64,000 nt of DNA from the NCBI GenBank assembly GCA_043228905.1, contig JBHGNT010000006.1, positions 3,968,001 to 4,032,000 of the forward strand. Direction: 5' to 3'. The translations under genes were made by a program, and so were the position numbers. The notes under the pieces were generated by a model. It did not search any database and was not told where the DNA came from. It was given only the letters and a program-made list of their open reading frames with translations. Shown here one piece after another: positions 45,851 to 57,618 of this stretch. Origin of the DNA: Azolla caroliniana (lineage: Eukaryota > Plantae > Polypodiophyta). Position 1 is the stretch's first letter, and every line of letters starts with the position of its first letter.

Positions 45851-48800
45851 CGTTGAGGTATTCCTCGCGGATGCGTGGAATGAGGCGGGACCTCGGGGGT
45901 CTTGTACCGAAGAGCAAGAGAGAAAGGAGAAGGGAAGAGACCCACTAGGTGCGAGCGTAGATCCACAGGGACACGGCCCTTCGACACGAAGACGCGAGCG
46001 GGAAACCAACACAGAGAGACACGAAGGTATGTATGTATATATTAACAGAGACAAACAACAAGAAGCACGAAGTCGGTTACAACCGAACAGGCCGGCGAAC
46101 AGATGCCGATGCCTGTTCGCAAACGCTCAGAAAGAAAGGAGTAGGTTGGAGGTGCTTCCGGAAGCACTCGGGCATTCCTCAGAGCAGCGCGAGCCTCACG
46201 AAACCTGCACAGAAAGAAGCTACGGAGTATGGAAGAGAGGGAAGCCTTCGACCCACAACCCGACAGCACTTCGTCCCCCGTCCATTTATAGGCAAGGAAG
46301 GAGCCGTTTCCCATTAACTTCCTACCTACCGAATCTACCTACCTAGGATCTTCTATGTACCTAATTCTCTCTTATGTACAACATAAGGCGTACGTGCATG
46401 AAGAGCCGGTTCCTACGCTACGATGCACCGATTCCGCTTGTGGACAGTTTTCTTCACGACATCCGCCCCCACCTAACCGCGCATCCACCGGCATGCGCCA
46501 AATTGAGTTGGGACGGAGAAAACCGGTCCAGCCTTCATTCCCCGCCCGTCGGTTCTTCTTCGGTTCCGGATCGTTCGTCATCGCGGTCCAGGTTAACCGG
46601 ATCCGGCTCGTCGTCGTGACGCTTCTTGAACGCTTTGATCCGCTTCCCAGCTACCGGTATCGCCATTCTCGTGCCGTCGAGTTCCGCCAGATGGTACGTC
46701 CCGTTGTCGTTGGCGCTTTGGACCACGTAAGGCCCGAACCACCTTCTTGCGAACTTCCGTGTCGCTCGGTGTTGGTTGTCGAGGCTGCTGTCGTAGACTA
46801 GCACCCAGTCGCCTTCCTCGATCTTCTTTGGTCGGAGCCGGTGCGTCCGGTCGAACCGGGCTTTGTTCCTCGTCCTTGCCACCCGAAGCTTTCCCGCAGC
46901 CTGCTCCACATCCTCCGGTCTTCGCTCGAGCTGTCGTATGCGCGCCGCCAACAGTTCCTCCCGGCTCATCTCGTCTTTCCAGTCCACGGTTGCCCATGAG
47001 GAGATCGTACGTTCCATCGGCATGATCGGCTTCTGCCCAAACATGAGCTCTGCCGACATGAATCCAGTTACCGAACTGTGCGTAGTTCGGTCCGCCCACA
47101 ACGCGTAAGGCAACAGCCGCGACCAGTTCCCGACTTGACCTCCGCATGCCTGAACTAACGCGTTGACGATCGGTCTGTGTCCGCGCTCCACCTTCCCATT
47201 TGCCTCCGGATTGTACGCAGTGGTAAGCGAGAGCTTGACTCCTAGCCGGTCGAACAGCTCCTCGGCCTCTTCGGCGTCCAACTCCCCGCGATCAGCCACG
47301 ATCTTCCCGACGCACCCGTACCGGCATATCACGTCCTCGATCAGGAACCGACATACGGCCGCGGTCGTTTTGTTCTGAAGGGCTCGGCCTTCCACCTGGT
47401 TCGTCAGATCTTCCCGAGCCAGGACCAGATACCGCATCTGTCCTACTCCCATCGGCATTGTCACCAGGTCTACCATCCATTTGAAGTGGATGGTCGGAGG
47501 GTACGTAGGGTGAAGCTCGTCCCGATGTCGGACTATGGAGTGCATCTGACAGCTCTCGCAAGTTGTCACGAACCGATGCACGTCCCGGTACAGTCCCGGC
47601 CACCAGTACTTCCCCTTTATCTTCTCGAACGTGGCCCACGTTCCATGGTGTCCAGCCCAAGGGCTGTCGTGGTAGGCCGTCAGCAGCTCCTCATGTTCTT
47701 CCTTCATCGCCACCACCCGGAGTGGGACGCCGTTCCTCTTCTTTGGGTGCTTCCATAAGTATCCGTCCCGGAGAAAGAATCGGTATGCTTTCTTCCGGGT
47801 CCGGTTGGCCTCGTCCCTCGTCCATGACGCATCCGGCGTCATTGTCCTCAAAAACCCACCAATCCGTAGCCACTCGCCGTCGTACTTGCTCTCGTCGAAG
47901 TCGTTAAGTGTCGGAGTGCTCGTCCCATCGGTCGTCATGTACGCTGCTCCGAAGAAGTCCACGCCGACTTCTTCGTCCTCCGAAACCATGCCGCCCTCGT
48001 CATCAAACCTCGCCCTCGAAAGCATGTCGGCCATGGCGTTGTCTTTTCCGGAAATGTGTCGTATTTCCGGGTCCAGGGACTTGATGTACGCTATCCACCT
48101 GAGCATCGCCAGGTCCGGTGTCGCGCATCCGGAAACCATGCCGAGAATTGGCAGGCAATCTGTCTCGATAATCACTTATGTCCCGATCAGGTAGTCTTTG
48201 TCGGCCTTTACTGCCGAAACGATACCCCAGAGTTCGCGTTTAACCTGGGCGTACCCTCACTGTCGCTCACTGAGGACTTTTGCGCCGAATCGGATCGGGA
48301 ACCGAGTGCCGTCCTCGTCTTCTTGGTTGACGACCCATCCGATCCCGGTCGGACTCGTATCCACCGTTATGTATACCGGGGTACCCTTCTCGTAGACAGC
48401 CTTCCAGAGCGCCGGTGCTGCCGCGAGAGCTTCCTTCAGCTTCCGGACCGACTCCGTGTGCTCGTCTCGCCACTCGAATTTTCGCCCCTTCTTCTGCAAC
48501 CCGTATAGCGGCTCCGCAATGTGGGCGTAATGCAGGATCCATATGTGGTAGAATGCGCACCCCCCCAGGAACCTGCAAACTTCCGTGACCGAGTTACAGT
48601 TGGTCTTCATCGCGGAGATGGCTTCCACTTTTGCCGGAGACGGCTTCCGGCCATATGGTCCACATAGGTGTCCGACCACCAGGATTTCTGATTGCCCGAA
48701 GGCCGATTTCTCCCCGGAGAAGGTGAGCCTCGCAACCTCTAGCCTTTGTAGCACCTTCTCGCAGTCGTCAATGTGTGTTGCCACGAATCGCCGGCATCCG

Positions 48801-51800
48801 TCCGGCCCGAGTGTCTCGTCCTTCTCTTCCACCGGGCACCCCTTTATCGGGATGTCGTCTAGAAATGGCATGGTGACGTCCGGGATGCAATCCCTCAATA
48901 ACTTGTTCATTGCATTCACCATGTGGGCCACCGAGTTGGTCCCTCCTTGTGGCAGGGTACACATTTGCACTAGGCCGAGGGGAGTTCGCATCGTCGTAAT
49001 GTCTCTGCTCTCCACGGCTAGCTGGAACTGGTCGTACCCTGAGTACAGATCACCGACCGAGTAAATCGACCTTCCGGCGAAGGCCTCCGCGAACTCGTCT
49101 ATGGTCGGTCCTATTCCTGCGTTCCGAATGGTCACTCTGTTGACCGGCTGCAGGTCCTGAATGAAGCGCAATGTTCCGTTTTTCTTTGGTACAGTAAACC
49201 ATCGGTTCGAGTATGGGGCACTTGACGGTTCGAGAATGCCCATATCGACTTTCTGCCTCAATAGCTCCATCAACTTCGGGATGTGAGCTCTCGGTACTGG
49301 AATCGGCTTGAGATTCCACGGTACATGCGGTACCGTGAATATCACCATCGGCTCCACGGTTGTCGGGTCTACGCACCCGATCTCTTCCGGTGAGAATGCG
49401 AAGGCTTTCCCGTGCCTTCCGAGCATCCTCTGAAACCGGTCCTCCTCCGCCGGCAGTAGGAACCCGCCCCCACCGATTTTGAGCTCATATGCAGACCGAC
49501 AGTAGGTGTGTCCTATGCAGACCGGATCTCGCAAACTGGGGTCCGACGCAACCCCTTTGATCCGGGACTCGCTGCCCTCCAGTAAGGGTGCCGCGACTGG
49601 CCTTACCTTCCGGTCCACAGTCTTGTACTTCGTGCTAACTCGGGCCGTCCGATCCGGCTCGAGCCCCTGACTGAAGTTCGCGATGACTTCGTACATCTCT
49701 TCGGAACATACCGGTATCGTCCGGTCTTCGTTAAGGTCTTCTCCGGCTACCTTCCTCAGCATCCCCAAGGTGTCGTCGAAGGAGACCGCCTCCACGGCTC
49801 CGTTGATTTCCTCGTCCGGGCCAAGAACTCCGCACGCTCGAAGTTGCTCCTCCGCCCTTGCCTTTTCTCGGCCAATGATGCCGACTATCATACACCCTCC
49901 GTCGTTGGAGAAGCAAATTTTTTTACCTATCGTACAAGGTTTCTTCAGTTTCGGTTCTATCGTACAACGGTGGGGTCTTTCCCGAGTGTCAGGACTGTCT
50001 CGGCCCCACGCCTTGGCAGCCCTCTCTAAAAATCCTCCCGGTTCTCGCCACCGAGGGATTCACGATTTCTCTCGTGGTTCGGTCGCACCGTCAGAAATTG
50101 GACCGAATGGCGCCCGTCCTGGCTTTTGACCCTCGCGTAGGCCGAACCGTTGTCTAGCACCTTGGTCTCCATCCGCGCCGCCGTGATGTATGGTTCCCCT
50201 AATATGACCGGGTGCGAGGACGTCTCCTGTACGAAGAAGTGCTGGTCAATCTCGACGTCGCCAATCTTGACTCGCACGTTCGGGCAGGCCCCGTGCAGTT
50301 CCTCGGTGGCGCGCGTCGCCGCCCGTATCTTCCACCCGTGCTTGGTGTTGATCGGCCACTTTCCCTTCTTATAGAAGTCCATGGACATCAGGTTTATTTC
50401 CGAACCGTGGTCCACCAATGCCACCACCGGTTCCTGAACATCTCCGATCTTTACCGGGGTCTCCGTGGTCGCTCGGGCCCAGTGTGGCCTCGAATAGTGG
50501 CTCTCCGCCCACTCATCTTCCAGTGCCAAGTCGTCGATGTGCGTCGTCCGCACCTCCACCGGTTTTTCCGGTTCCGTCTCCGTCGACAGCCTCTTCCGCT
50601 TCACCAAGTCCACAATGGAGTCGTGGAACTCCTTCTTAGCGATCCCTAGCACCTCCCGCAATGACAGCTCCAATTTGCTGTCGAGGATCCGTTCTTCTAG
50701 GACCTTTCGTAGGTCTGTGGTCCTTTCTATTTCCGTCCCCAGTCAGTATCCGCCCTTCCTAGGGTTATCTTGCGCGCTGGACCCACCGGCATCGTTCCGT
50801 CGTTGCCCGAATCGGGTCTCGTATCGTTGTGAGGGCCCGGCCGCCCCGGCTTTCCCCACTTGTTTATCTTCTACCAGAGCCTCGTAGTTCCGGCAAGCGG
50901 CTTCTACGAAGCCCGTCTTCTCCTCGACCGGGTCGCTCCACCCGATTATTTCCCGGACCCGTCTCTCAGCGCGGTCCCCTTCATCTTTCCTCAGCCGTGC
51001 GCCGGCGAGGCCTTCCAGCATTGCCGACCAGAATCCGTCTTTGCTCTCCTTTCGGGCCTCGCTGCCCCCGACGCGAATACCGGCCGACGCCAAGTAGTGG
51101 ATGGCCTCCACGTGTCGGGCCGCTGCCTCTTCCATCAGTCTCTTCATACCTCCTCGCCCGTCGTTTCGGTTTAGGGCCCTTCTGGTATCGTCGGCATGCA
51201 CCCGGCCTTCCCACAGGTACACCACCCGGATCCTCAACGCCTCTGCGAAATCGCCGCAATCCTTCCGAATGTGGCCGACTTCGTCGCACCACATGCACCT
51301 GTTCCCTGCTGCCGGCCGTCGGTCACGAGCCGGTTCGCCGCCTTCCCTTCGAGTCTGGGCGATCTGCAGATCCTTTATCGCCCGCGTCAACTCCTCCAGC
51401 ACTGCTCCTCCGGACGAGTCATTGACCATGCCGGTCGAAGCCGAACCGGTTTTGAGCCACTCCCGGGTCTCTGCCCTTCGCCCTTGCGGTGCCGGTTCAA
51501 GCCTCCTTGCTGTGACAGAGCCCGCACCGGCCGCCCCGTTGTCGAAACGGCCACAGACTCTCTTAACCGCAACCCAGTCGGTCGTCAATCCGTCTTCGGT
51601 TTCCAGCAAGGAGCCGACTTGATCCCGGTCCCGCTCGTCCACCGACTTGACGAACAGTAGGACCCGGCTCGTATCCAGAACGGTTCGGTCAAGCGCCGAA
51701 AGGCGCGCAAAGCATTCCTCAAACTCCCAGAGGAGTGCCGACGCGTTTCTTCCCTTGCCGGGGGACTCCACCCATCCCATGAAGTCCCGTTTCGAAAGCC

Positions 51801-52703
51801 GGAGCGCGTCGTCCAGCCCGTATTTTTCTAGGAGTCGGCCTTCGAACTCCTCCTAGGTACGGCTCTTCGCCCGTACCTCGAGCACCTCCACATGGATGCT
51901 CGGCATCGCCACTCGAGGGAACCCGGCAAGACGCCTCTCTTCCGGAATGTCCCGCATCAGCATTTCTGCCCCGTAGGACGCCAAATACTTCGTAGCATCC
52001 TTTCCGCTGAACCGGCCGATCGTACCGACAACCACCTCAATGGCTCTGTCGAGGGCGCCGGTGCCCTCGCGTGCACTCAATATCCGATCCACGGCCGAAG
52101 CCATGGCCTCCGCAAGATCCGACCCCTTCATCTTCTGCTCTTCTGCCGCCTCCTTCACGTCGGGTTCACCAAGATGTCGAGGTATTCCTCGCGGATGCGT
52201 GGAATGAGGCGGGACCTCGGGGGTCTTGTACCGAAGAGCAAGAGAGAAAGGAGAAGGGAAGAGACCCACTAGGTGCGAGCGTAGATCCACAGGGACACGG
52301 CCCTTCGACACAAAGACGCAAGCGGGAAACCAACACAGAGAGACACGAAGGTATGTATGTATATATTAACAGAGACAAACAACAACAAGCACGAAGTCGG
52401 TTACAACCGAACAGGCCGGCGAACAGATGTCGATGCCTGTTCGCAAACGCTCAGAAAGAAGCTACGGAGTATGGAAGAGAGAGAAGCCTTCGACCCACAA
52501 CCCGACAGCACTTCGTCCCCCGTCCATTTATAGGCAAGGAAGGAGCCGTTTCCCATTAACTTCCTACCTACCGAATCTACCTACCTAGGATCTTCTATGT
52601 ACCTAATTCTCTCTTATGTACAACATAAGGCGTACGTGCATGAAGAGCCGGTTCCTACGCTACGGTGCACCGATTCCGCTTGTGGACGGTTTTCTTCACG
52701 ACA
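45851..52703 (-). mobile_element. Element D: GC-rich Phygy/DUF4100-like Ty3/Gypsy, both LTRs present, inserted in the extra ORF of element F
   Basis: LTRs 52175-52703 (5', ~82-bp deletion) and 45851-46461 (3'); Trp PBS 52154-52171; PPT 46462-46472; gag-PR ORFs 51853-52311, 50743-51780 and 50026-50673 share one frame; pol ORFs 48257-49891 and 46535-48175 share the -1 frame. Confidence 0.95.
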
Positions 52704-55700
52704 CCGCCGTCAATATGGCTTTCCCTCGTTGTGACTGGGTCATAATGATCAGCCGTGGCTCCCGGATGATTTCGAAGGTGGTATTGGGCTCCGTGGCTGC
52801 AGAGCCATCGCCTTCGGTCGTTGTCTCTGCCGCCGTGGGGACGTCTTTGACCAATCCCCGCCCATCTTTCCTGTCCAACCTCCGTCGTTTCGGTCTGGGG
52901 CTGCTTCCGCGGAGCATGCCGGCTGTTCTTCCTGCGTTGTCTGTGTGTCTGGCTAGGCGGGTTGGGGTTCCTCTTCCCACTCTGGGGCAGCTAACTCCGC
53001 TAACCTACACTTCGCGGATCGAGGTGGAGGTGTGGGTCGGCTGGGCTACGGTGCCAGTAGGCCTCGGGGTGGGAATAGCACTGTCAGGTACTGTTGTATG
53101 ATCGGACTGAGCTTCTTGCCTCCCTGATACGCATGCAAGCCTTCCCTTAACGCCGGCCCTGTGATGACCCCCCAATCGACCACACGCCCTTCAAAGGTAT
53201 CAATAATGATACCTGCCTTCTGCTTGGGCATCCCATATGCGTTGACGTGTATGCATCCAACCTCTAACAGGAACTTGGCGACTTCACGGAAGAAGGGATT
53301 CGGGATCTGCTTCGTTCTATAGGCCTTGGCAGAGGAGGAATATGGACTAAAATATCTCTGCAGCGCCTCTGCAGGAGGGATTTCGAAATGCCTTTCGCCT
53401 AGCCATGACAGGTCCAACTTTATCCGGATGGAAGAGTTGGTGACCGTGTCGATGTTAAGCTTCCTGGCGATGTCCATGGCATCCGGGTGTGGAGGTGCCT
53501 CTGCGACCCGGATGTACCCATCCAGTCATTTCTCCACGAGCCATCGGTGTAAGGCGGTAGAGATGAAGATCGGTATCACCAGAGTAGGTTCGTGGGGAGG
53601 AGACTGGTGGATGCAGTGGGCTGGAGCTCTGTGATAGGATGGAGGAGAAGGTGAGGGGGAGGAACGATGGGAGTGCTGATAGTTAGGAGGTGGGTTTCTG
53701 TTTTGTGCAGAAGATCTTCTATTTCCTTCTTTTTGTCTCTTAGAGTTCATTGGGCGGTGAGCCATCGTGGTGCCGCGTGTTCTTGATCTAGGAGTCTGTG
53801 CATGCATTTAGTCCTTTTTCTTTAATAGTGTCGTTATTCCCTCCTTGCTGACTATATGGCCTAGGAGAGTCCTGTTGGTCACGCCAAAGGCACATTTCGC
53901 GGGATTCAAGCTTAAGCGTGCGGTGCGGCAACGTTCCAGGCACAGTTGCAGATGCGTAAAATGGTCGATTGTTCTCCCATATACCGCAAAGTCGTCTAAA
54001 AAAACTTGCACGAACACCGGAATATATTCCCCAAAGATCTCCGTAATTGTCCGTTGAAATGTTGTTGGCGCCGTCTTTAGCCCGAAAATCATGACGACAG
54101 CCACATAGACTCCCCAATCCGTGACAAATGTCGTCTTCTCTTGGTCATTGGGATGCATGCGTACCTGGTTATACCCACTGAAGCCATCTAAAAAACTATA
54201 CATCTCATGTACTGCGACGGCATCCAGTACGCTATCGGTGAATGGTAACGGGGATGGGTCCGTAATGGTTACGGTGTTTAATTTTCGGTAATCCACACAT
54301 ACCCGTATTTTGCCGTTTTTCTTTGAAACGACTACTATCGGACTTAACCATGTGGCTTGTTTAACTGTCCGTATGAATCCCGCCTTTAGGAGTTTGTCAA
54401 TTTCTTCTTTTACGCAGGTCGCGTAGTTCGGGTTCATGCGGTAGCGGCGCTGTTGGACGGGTTTTGCGTCGGTTGCTAAATTGATCTTATGTTGATAGAA
54501 CTTGGGTCTAACCCCTTCATGTCCTCGTGAGCCCAAGCGAACACATCTTTATATTTCTTGAGTAGTGCGATCATTGTGTTTCTCTAGTCTGGCCTTAATT
54601 CCTTTGCGATGGAGAGGAAATAGGGTTCTGATTCCGTACCCACGTTTACTTCTTCCAGGGCGGAGGCGGTGACTCGTCGTGAAATTTCCTTTTCCCTTTT
54701 GAATGCCGCCCATGCTCTATTGGGTTCCAATATGGACTCCGGGTTTGGTTCGTAAGCCTCGTCGTGGAGAATAGTGGCTATGGCACATTCTGTCGCGGTT
54801 GCAATGACGTCGATTTCAAACAACGGAATGATCCGAGGGTGCTAGTCTAGGTATGCCTCTAATTTTGCATCCTCCACCCCAACCAGCATATTTATATCTT
54901 CTGCGTATAATGGTGTTATATCCTTTGATTTCACGGCGTGCTTCCTTCCGTAGGTACGAGAACTTTAGTGCATCCGTGTCGGAAACTGATACACTTGTGT
55001 TGCCAGCTCTACTTGATATTTGCTGCGCGAAGCCACGGTCTGCCCAAAAGCACGGGGTACGCCCCTGGGGCGTCCAAGGCGAGGACGACCGCCGAGATGT
55101 CGAAGCGATGTCCACCCATGATAATGCCTATCTTGCGAATTAACCCTAATGGTCGTACTGAGTGGGTATCTGCCATTCGGAACCAGAATGGGCAAGCCTC
55201 CCATTCTGAAATGCCTAACTGCTCGCAAGTTTTCGCGCTAATTACATTAACGCCTCAGCCGCCATCGATTACGCATCGTGATGATCCACTACAGGCGGTC
55301 CGTCGCTAACGTTCGTAAGGTTTGTGGCGACACTAACCCCGAGTATGCTCGTCACCCGTTCTTCCATGGTCTGGTGGAAGAGTGGGACTAGCTACAGCAG
55401 CTTCTCCATGGTTAACGTTATCTCGCAGCCTGCTAATGCCTACCAAATGGGGTTCGGGGCCGGTCCTTCATCCTCCACTCGCTCCATCGTATTCGCGGAG
55501 TCCTTCCGCATGTGCTCTGTATTGGTCGCGTTTCCTTTTTCCACCCATGCCTAGGCTTGTCATCGTATCTCATCTTGCGCGGCCCAATCAGCCGTTTTTG
55601 TTTGCTGGCATGTCGTGACTTGTTGTACTTCCGTCGTAATCATATTGAGAGCGGGCCCTTGCCCTTGCGTGTTGGGCATTACATGGCATAATGTCCGGGC

Positions 55701-57618
55701 TGCTGACAAACAAAACAATGGATGCTCGATTTTCCCTTCTCGGCTCCTAGTGGTGTGTGCCGATCCCCTAATGCGACTTGCTCCTCACGGTCCGGCCTCA
55801 TTTGTCAGAACACACGCGGTGGTTGTTGTTGGTCCCGGCGTGGTTCTTGGTGTCGCTCATCTCCCGGGCTTTCCTCATATCGTTGGTGGTCTCGATATTG
55901 CCGTGGCTTCCCACGATAACCATTGAAGCTGCCACGTTTGTTTGTCGGTCGGTGATTCTCATAGCGTCGGCCCCCTTTAGCATAACTCGGAGGTCCACTG
56001 TAATCCTCATCCTCTAGTTCGTCTTCCTCGGAATCGTTGTGATTCCGGCGATTCTGGTGGTGTCGGTCATCACGTGGGTTGCGCTCCACATACCGTGGTT
56101 GGTCTTCTTGCCTCCTTTGTTCAGTACGGCATGGGGGACGTTGTATGTCCATGCTGCGTACTGTGGGAGCGGCTCTGTTCAACATATTGTATTCGCATTG
56201 GTCAACTGTGTGAGCCTTCGAGTGGCAAATTGGGCAGTGGATTCGCATGTTGCACTCCACTGCGGAATGCCCCGACTACAAGCAAATCGTGCACTAGATT
56301 GCTTGACGAAACAATCGTTCCTCGTCCTAGGGTAACGCTTGTCGTAAGGAGGACATAGAAAACCTTTCCTCCTCCTCGTCCAACTCGAGTTGTAACGCTC
56401 GTTCAATGACCATATCCGTCGTTTCCCCTTTCACGCTATTGTTGTTGAGCGTTGTCCGTATGGGTCGGCGTAATGCTGCCAGAAATGTCTCTCGAGCCTC
56501 GTCCTCCACGGGGCTCTGTTCCAGTTTCCGCCGTAAATTTTGGAAACGTAAGCTGAAGTTTGCGATCGTCTCGGTCGGCAATTGCTTAATCGTGTAGAAC
56601 TGTCCGAGGATTTCGCGTTGTGGAACCCTTCGATGGAAGAACCGCAAGAAGGCGGACTGTAGCTGATCGAAGGTCGTGATTGCTGGCAAATCCATTCCAT
56701 TTGTGAATGCCAAAATGCCGCTCACCCATCCAATGTTAACCCGAACTCCGTCATTTTCGACTGGTGCGCTACCGCCTCAAAAAGACTTTGCGCCATGTGG
56801 TTCGCATTCCATACATTGAGGAACATGCAAATATGGGTTGCAGCGTTGGTTTCGCCATTAAAGCGGGGATAGGCAAAGGCCATGCTGGGGGCTACGGCGG
56901 GTCGGGAAAGACCACAGTGTTGCTGTGGTGAGCGTGTTCCCCGTGTATCGTCGAGGTATTTGGAGGGCGAAGAATCACCTTTGTAATCACGACAGGTAGT
57001 ATTGAGGTCGTTGAGGCGAGGCTTTTGCCGTGCGCGTTCCTCTGCCTAGCGTGTGACGGACCTTGTGATTGGCCGGTCTTGTCATGTTGGTTCTCTGGGG
57101 CGTCTGCGGCTAAACATCCATTCGTCGTTGTTCATCTGTGAGAAGACATAGATCACCAAGCATGCCAAAACTGTTACCGATTAGGAACACGGCCTGCGGT
57201 CAGTCCTTCGACCTAGACCTCCAAGTGACTGTGAAACAACGAATGGTGGCGTCTGTGCGTAATACATAGGGGAATGTTCCCCATAACCTAGTAGCATATA
57301 AGGGAGACAGCTACAACCGAACTCCTTATCAGTGGTTACACGCTCACGTTCTTACTTCTACACTCTCAGGTATTCCAAACACACAGTAGATTAGACGTAG
57401 CTATACACAGATATCAGAGAAGATAGAATTCTATTATGATACGCTTCTTTACATTCCAAAATTACACGCTCCCTCTATCAGAGGTTTTCTGCCCTTTATA
57501 TACGCAAGGTCTTTTTAGCCGTTCACGCTTCCTGCGTGAACCGTTACATGCGTTGTAATCTTATATTATTTCTTATTCCTACGCTCTTGTCCGTCGGTTA
57601 CTATTCCGGCGGACAACA

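Larger units (their letters stand above)
44510..57618 (-). mobile_element. Element F: non-chromoviral (Selgy/Athila/Tat-like) Ty3/Gypsy, RH-INT deleted, 3' extra ORF split by element D, 3' LTR absent
   Basis: 5' LTR 57172-57618; PBS TGGCATGCTTGGTG; gag 57120-56000 (CPICHSKAHTVDQC); PR ~55270-54900 (IDGG*GVNVI, LLGRPW); RT 53808-54536 (RVCVDYRKLN, FLDGFSGYNQV, VFLDDF); extra ORF 53765-52704 plus 45850-44582. Confidence 0.88.

Noticed and set aside
43400-46945. Large inverted repeat as a foldback element or miRNA precursor
   Set aside because: Explained by two D-family copies (G and D) in opposite orientation about 1.3 kb apart.
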